IMG/VR virus record: IMGVR_UViG_2698536560_000011
Location: 1-11,072 of that record
DNA length: 11,072 nucleotides
Strand: one strand, 5' to 3'
DNA from: a virus
Lineage: Duplodnaviria > Heunggongvirae > Uroviricota > Caudoviricetes
How positions within the stretch are numbered: the first letter of the stretch is position 1; each line of letters begins with the position of its first letter. The notes beneath the pieces are model-generated. The model saw nothing but the letters and a program-made list of their open reading frames with translations, made no database searches and was not told where the DNA came from. Position numbers and translations under genes: made by a program. Positions 7,804-11,072 of the stretch are shown one piece after another.

Positions 7804-7881
7804 GGAGACTCATCCTCAGACCGGCAAGCCAGGAAAAGGTCGCAGGAAAAACCGGCTTACTGTTTGTTTTTTTATATTTTA

Positions 7882-7986
7882 CTGTTCACCTCTGTTCACC
7901 ATAAGAAAAAAGATAAGTAATACAGTAAGTTAAAGGGTGAACAATCGCAGTAATGACTGTTCACCGTCTGTTCACCACTGTTCACC
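7882..7986. repeat. iteron cluster: five direct CTGTTCACC copies plus one inverted TGTTCACC; crr/ori-like alpha-binding repeats
   Basis: Direct copies at 7882-7890, 7892-7900, 7957-7965, 7968-7976, 7978-7986, spaced 10-11 bp. Inverted copy GGTGAACA at 7936-7943. TGTTCACC is the octamer I recall as the P4 alpha-protein binding iteron. Lies between the divergent sid and alpA promoters. Confidence 0.7.
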
Positions 7987-8144
7987 CGCTCATGGACTTT
8001 TTGTGCTGTTTACTACTGTTTATTTTTATTAATTCACTGAAATAAATAAGAAAAAACAATTTGTATTTCACTATAAAAAATTCCAAGTCCTTCAGAACCC
8101 TTTGAGACCCTTCCAGTCCGAATGAATAAAAAATATACAGTCAT

Positions 8145-8162
8145 TGTAAGGCAGCCTGAACA
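8145..8162 (+). promoter_or_regulatory. candidate Delta site (TGT-N12-ACA) of a PLL-like late promoter driving alpA/vis
   Basis: TGTAAGGCAGCCTGAACA sits in the AT-rich region upstream of alpA. A -55 centre would put the transcription start near 8208, giving a 5' UTR of about 57 nt. A single site, and such sites occur by chance. Confidence 0.35.
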
Positions 8163-8264
8163 AATCCCCCCTGTTGCGTCTGCCAAAAATATTCACAAAA
8201 TAAAGCGCTACCCGAAGCCGGACGGACTTATCCGGTGCTGTATGGACATTAACGAGGTAGCCCG

Positions 8265-8531
8265 ATGCAAGCTGTTTTTTCTTCCCCGTCTCCTGCCCCT
8301 GTGACGCCACTGATGCCGCTGCCGGACATCACGCAGGAGCGTTTTTTACGTCTGCCGGAAGTGATGCACCTGTGCGGCCTGTCACGCTCGACCATCTATG
8401 AACTCATCCGTAAGGGGGAATTTCCGCCGCAGGTGAGCCTTGGCGGTAAAAATGTGGCCTGGCTGCACTCTGAAGTCACTGCATGGATGGCCGGTCGCAT
8501 TGCCGGACGCAAACGGGGGTACGACGCATGA
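8265..8531 (+). CDS. alpA: AlpA/Vis-family helix-turn-helix regulator (excision / recombination directionality and late-promoter regulator)
   Basis: [50 protein letters not shown] is a classic AlpA-type HTH. GAGG lies 8 nt upstream of the ATG at 8265; an alternative start at 8313 would give 72 aa. Stop overlaps a downstream ATG as ATGA (8528-8531). Confidence 0.85.
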   Translation: MQAVFSSPSPAPVTPLMPLPDITQERFLRLPEVMHLCGLSRSTIYELIRKGEFPPQVSLGGKNVAWLHSEVTAWMAGRIAGRKRGYDA

Positions 8532-8657
8532 TGATGCCCGCTCTGCAAAAAGTCCCTTTTTCTGGCTTGCCTTTTTCCGGCATTTGCGGATATAGTTTTT
8601 CCGCTGCCGCAAAATCGGCAGCCGGGCGTGAGAACCCGAGCAATCTAACGGCGACAT

Positions 8658-8681
8658 ATGACGCGCCATGCGTCTTTTTTT
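8658..8681 (+). terminator. short GC stem plus T7: candidate intrinsic terminator in the early-operon leader
   Basis: GACGC (8660-8664) / GCGTC (8670-8674) with a 5-nt loop, then TTTTTTT at 8675-8681. It lies inside the 214-aa ORF predicted at 8483-9127. Confidence 0.4.
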
Positions 8682-8863
8682 GTGTCGCAATCAACGCCAC
8701 AGAGCGCCAGATTATGGTGTGGTGTGTGGTCAGTCGTGCAGATGGCATTCCGTGCATCCTGCCCGCGTCCGCTCATTATGCCGCAGAGTCAATGGTAGCT
8801 CAGGCGGGGCAGCCTCCGGGCTGGCCGGTATCCTGTGAAGCCGGTATTTCCACCCCCGTCTGG

Positions 8864-8912
8864 GCTATCGCCATCGAGCGTGGAAACTCCGGCGATAGCG
8901 TTATTTGCTATT
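8864..8912 (+). terminator. hairpin plus U-rich tail just upstream of a strong ribosome-binding site
   Basis: GCTATCGCC (8864-8872) / GGCGATAGC (8891-8899), 18-nt loop, followed by GTTATTTGCTATT, then AGGAGG at 8916-8921. Confidence 0.35.
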
Positions 8913-8929
8913 CACAGGAGGCTGCCATC

Positions 8930-9127
8930 ATGGCTACACCCCTTACCCCCTCACACCCTGAATTTGTCTTTGTGTTTGCGGCTGTCCGTCGCACAGACCG
9001 TCATCCCCGTATCTGTATGCTTCGCACCGTCGCCGGTGATGAACGCAGTGCCCGCCGTTCCCTTGTCCGTGACTATGTGCTCTCCCTTGCTGCCCGTCTG
9101 CCGGTGGTGGAGGTGTCCCGTGCGTAA
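8930..9127 (+). CDS. hypothetical small protein, 65 aa
   Basis: ATG at 8930 sits 8 nt after AGGAGG (8916-8921). It is in frame with the longer 8483-9127 ORF but is the only start there with a strong Shine-Dalgarno. Its stop overlaps the next gene's GTG start by 8 nt. Confidence 0.45.
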   Translation: MATPLTPSHPEFVFVFAAVRRTDRHPRICMLRTVAGDERSARRSLVRDYVLSLAARLPVVEVSRA

Positions 9128-9407
9128 TAAAAAAGCCCCTCAGACCGTCTCAGCACGTCATGACGCCCGTGAACACCTCAGCATTGAGGCTTACCATAAG
9201 CTCAACCGCGCCAGCGCCGTATCCCGGTTTGTTGGGGGTGATTTGATTCACCGTGAACTCTCCGGCCTGCATCAGCTCTACATTCCGCATATTTTCAGCT
9301 ACCTGAATGAAGATATTGAGTTTGTGCTGAATGAGCTGAAAGCCAAAGGCCTGTGCCGCGATTTTCTCGCCCAGCAGAAAGACCGGGGAGACAGGACGCA
9401 TGTTTGA
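9120..9407 (+). CDS. hypothetical protein, 95 aa, in the position where P4-like elements carry small early proteins such as epsilon
   Basis: GTG at 9120 sits 6 nt after GGAGG (9109-9113). The 3' end overlaps the next ORF's ATG by 8 nt. Assignment to epsilon is not supported by any motif I can see. Confidence 0.5.
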   Translation: MRNKKAPQTVSARHDAREHLSIEAYHKLNRASAVSRFVGGDLIHRELSGLHQLYIPHIFSYLNEDIEFVLNELKAKGLCRDFLAQQKDRGDRTHV

Positions 9408-9855
9408 TTTTCCCCAGCCCGGTGAGATTTACCGTTCTGCCGGTTTTCCCGATGTGGCCGTGGTCGGCATTCTGGAAGACGGTATTCCGTGGGAAGTGCC
9501 GTACCGCTGCCCGGACATTGTCTGGAACCCGTACCGCCGTAAATTCAGTATCCTTGTGCGTATCCTCGCCGACGGGCGCACCACAGACATCCCGCTGGGG
9601 CGTTTTCTGCGGGAATTTACCTGTGACCGTCCTGACCTGTTTAAACGCAGCCCCGTAAACCGGCATGCGGTACTGAAAGAAATGGCCGGAGACCCGGAAT
9701 TACAGAAATGGCGGGAGAAATATCTGGATATTTACCCGCAGGACACTGTTCCGGTCAGCCGGGCGGCACCGGTGGCGCGGGAATGGCGGGAAATTCCCCG
9801 CACGGAGCCTGACCCGGAAATCACACCGGATAACAGTTACCGCAATTATCTGTAA
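9400..9855 (+). CDS. hypothetical protein, 151 aa
   Basis: GGGGAG Shine-Dalgarno 9 nt upstream of the ATG; translationally coupled to the upstream ORF. Same length as the P4 ORF of unknown function that I recall upstream of alpha (orf151); homology unverified. Confidence 0.7.
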   Translation: MFDFPQPGEIYRSAGFPDVAVVGILEDGIPWEVPYRCPDIVWNPYRRKFSILVRILADGRTTDIPLGRFLREFTCDRPDLFKRSPVNRHAVLKEMAGDPELQKWREKYLDIYPQDTVPVSRAAPVAREWREIPRTEPDPEITPDNSYRNYL

Positions 9856-9928
9856 TTAAAAAACGACACCCGAAAAATTAAATGTGCGTATTCGCGCAGG
9901 GATACGCACGTCTTCAGGAGACGCAGAT

Positions 9929-9994
9929 ATGCCTTATCAGTTAATGCAACCGGCACGGAATGCAGTCATCTGTCACAGGGAGGAAAGCAAATGA
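9929..9994 (+). CDS. 21-codon upstream ORF ([21 protein letters not shown]), candidate leader peptide
   Basis: ATG at 9929 sits 8 nt after AGGAG (9916-9920). Its TGA stop (9992-9994) overlaps the ATG of the 106-aa ORF (9991-9993) as ATGA. Confidence 0.3.
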
Positions 9995-10311
9995 AAACAC
10001 CCTTACCGCCCGTCTTACGCGCAGCCCTTTACCGTCGTGCTGTCGCCTGTGCCTGGCTGACCGTGTGCGAACGTCAGCACCGCTACCCGCATCTCACCCT
10101 TGAATCACTGGAGGCGGCCATCGCCGCTGAGCTGGAAGGCTTTTATCTGCGCCAGCACGGTGAGGAAAAAGGGCGCCAGATAGCCTGTGCCCTGCTGGAA
10201 GATTTAATGGAATCCGGCCCCCTGAAGGCCGCGCCGTCGCTGTCCTTTCTCGGGCTGGTTGTGATGGATGAACTCTGTGCCCGTCACATAAAAGCGCCGG
10301 TACTGCACTGA
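9991..10311 (+). CDS. hypothetical protein, 106 aa
   Basis: GGGAGG Shine-Dalgarno (9977-9982) 8 nt before the ATG. Lies directly upstream of the primase, whose AAGGAG ribosome-binding site overlaps this gene's stop codon (10309-10311). Confidence 0.7.
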
Positions 10312-10325
10312 AGGAGAACAACACC

Positions 10326-11072
10326 ATGAAAATGAACGTAACCGCCACCGTCAGCCATGCGCTCGGCCACTGGCCGCGTATTCTCCCGGCGCTGGGGATT
10401 CAGGTGCTGAAGAACCGTCATCAGCCCTGTCCGGTCTGTGGCGGGAGTGACCGTTTCCGTTTTGATGACAGGGAGGGGCGCGGCACCTGGTACTGCAATC
10501 AGTGTGGTGCCGGTGACGGCCTGAAACTGGTTGAAAAGGTGTTTGGTGTTTCCCCGTCCGACGCGGCCGCAAAGGTGGCTGCCGTGACCGGCAGCCTGCC
10601 CCCGGCTGACCCGGCAGTGACGGCCGCCGCCGGTGCTGAAACAGAAGCCGCCCGGAAGAACGCCGCCGCACTGGCACAAACCCTGATGGCGAAAACCCGT
10701 CCCGGAACCGGTAACGCCTACCTGACCCGCAAGGGCTTTCCCGGCCGGGAATGCCGGATGCTGACCGGCACACACAGAGCCGGTGGCGTGAGCTGGCGCG
10801 CCGGTGACCTTGTGGTGCCACTGTATGACGACAGCGGCGAACTGGTTAACCTTCAGTTAATCAGTGCTGACGGCCGTAAGCGCACCCTGAAAGGCGGACA
10901 GGTCAGGGGCACCTGTCACATCCTTGAAGGACAGAATCAGGCCGGAAAACGTCTGTGGATAGCGGAGGGATACGCGACCGCACTTACCGTACATCACCTG
11001 ACCGGTGAAACGGTGATGGTGGCGCTTTCTTCCGTGAACCTCCTTTCTCTGGCCAGCCTTGCCCGGCAGAAG
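10326..11072 (+). CDS. alpha: alpha-type primase / replication protein, N-terminal 249 codons (3' end beyond the window)
   Basis: AAGGAG 9 nt upstream of the ATG. Zinc-ribbon CPVCGG...x17...CNQCG followed by a Toprim-like EGYATAL motif; the N-terminus resembles P4 alpha as I recall it. The frame is open to the last base of the window. The ORF track missed it because it is truncated. Confidence 0.92.
   Translation, partial: MKMNVTATVSHALGHWPRILPALGIQVLKNRHQPCPVCGGSDRFRFDDREGRGTWYCNQCGAGDGLKLVEKVFGVSPSDAAAKVAAVTGSLPPADPAVTAAAGAETEAARKNAAALAQTLMAKTRPGTGNAYLTRKGFPGRECRMLTGTHRAGGVSWRAGDLVVPLYDDSGELVNLQLISADGRKRTLKGGQVRGTCHILEGQNQAGKRLWIAEGYATALTVHHLTGETVMVALSSVNLLSLASLARQK

Larger units (their letters stand above)
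2241..11072. mobile_element. P4-type satellite prophage (P4-family phage-inducible chromosomal island), right end outside the window
   Basis: att core, int, cos, psu-delta-sid, TGTTCACC iterons, alpA and alpha primase lie in the order expected for an integrated P4-like genome. Confidence 0.88.

Noticed and set aside
8181-8197. Possible second activator site (TGC-N11-ACA) near -18 of the PLL-like promoter
   Set aside because: Both the half-site and the spacing deviate from TGT-N12-ACA, which is too weak to call.
8122-8304. 60-aa plus-strand ORF upstream of and overlapping alpA
   Set aside because: It has no ribosome-binding site, spans the predicted promoter and 5' UTR of alpA, and is likely spurious.
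8483-9127. 214-aa plus-strand ORF as a single gene
   Set aside because: It overlaps the end of alpA, contains two terminator-like hairpins, and has no ribosome-binding site at its 5' end. Only the last 65 codons (from 8930) have a strong Shine-Dalgarno; the rest is more likely leader or RNA.
8092-9666. Minus-strand ORFs (8092-8310, 8382-8690, 8476-8757, 9150-9401, 9295-9666) and the plus-strand 9353-9658 ORF
   Set aside because: They are antisense to or out of frame with the co-directional, translationally coupled plus-strand operon, and none has a convincing ribosome-binding site.
10094-10821. Minus-strand ORFs of 84, 163 and 156 aa overlapping the 106-aa gene and the primase
   Set aside because: They are antisense to a primase ORF with strong motifs. 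Their products are low-complexity and rich in Arg, Gly and Pro, as expected for antisense frames of GC-rich DNA.

Overview
This window is most of a P4-type satellite prophage (P4-family phage-inducible chromosomal island), read from the sequence and from recalled family features, not from any search. Left to right: (1) the end of a different, unrecognised element with two minus-strand ORFs (1-1994); (2) an att core resembling the 3' end of tmRNA (ssrA) at 2241-2268, without the tmRNA body, followed by a terminator and a GGTATACG repeat array; (3) a tyrosine integrase (2453-3673); (4) an AT-rich cargo island with a two-gene minus-strand operon of unknown function (3761-5300), sitting in the int-cos slot where P4-family satellites carry variable anti-phage cargo; (5) an exact P2/P4-type cos site (5653-5671); (6) the late operon sid-delta-psu (minus strand, 5836-7713) with TGT-N12-ACA activator sites; (7) a CTGTTCACC iteron cluster (7882-7986); (8) the early operon alpA/vis, a leader region, four small ORFs and the alpha primase N-terminus, truncated by the window end. 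The cargo operon is the best candidate for an undescribed system; I could not assign either of its proteins to a family by eye.
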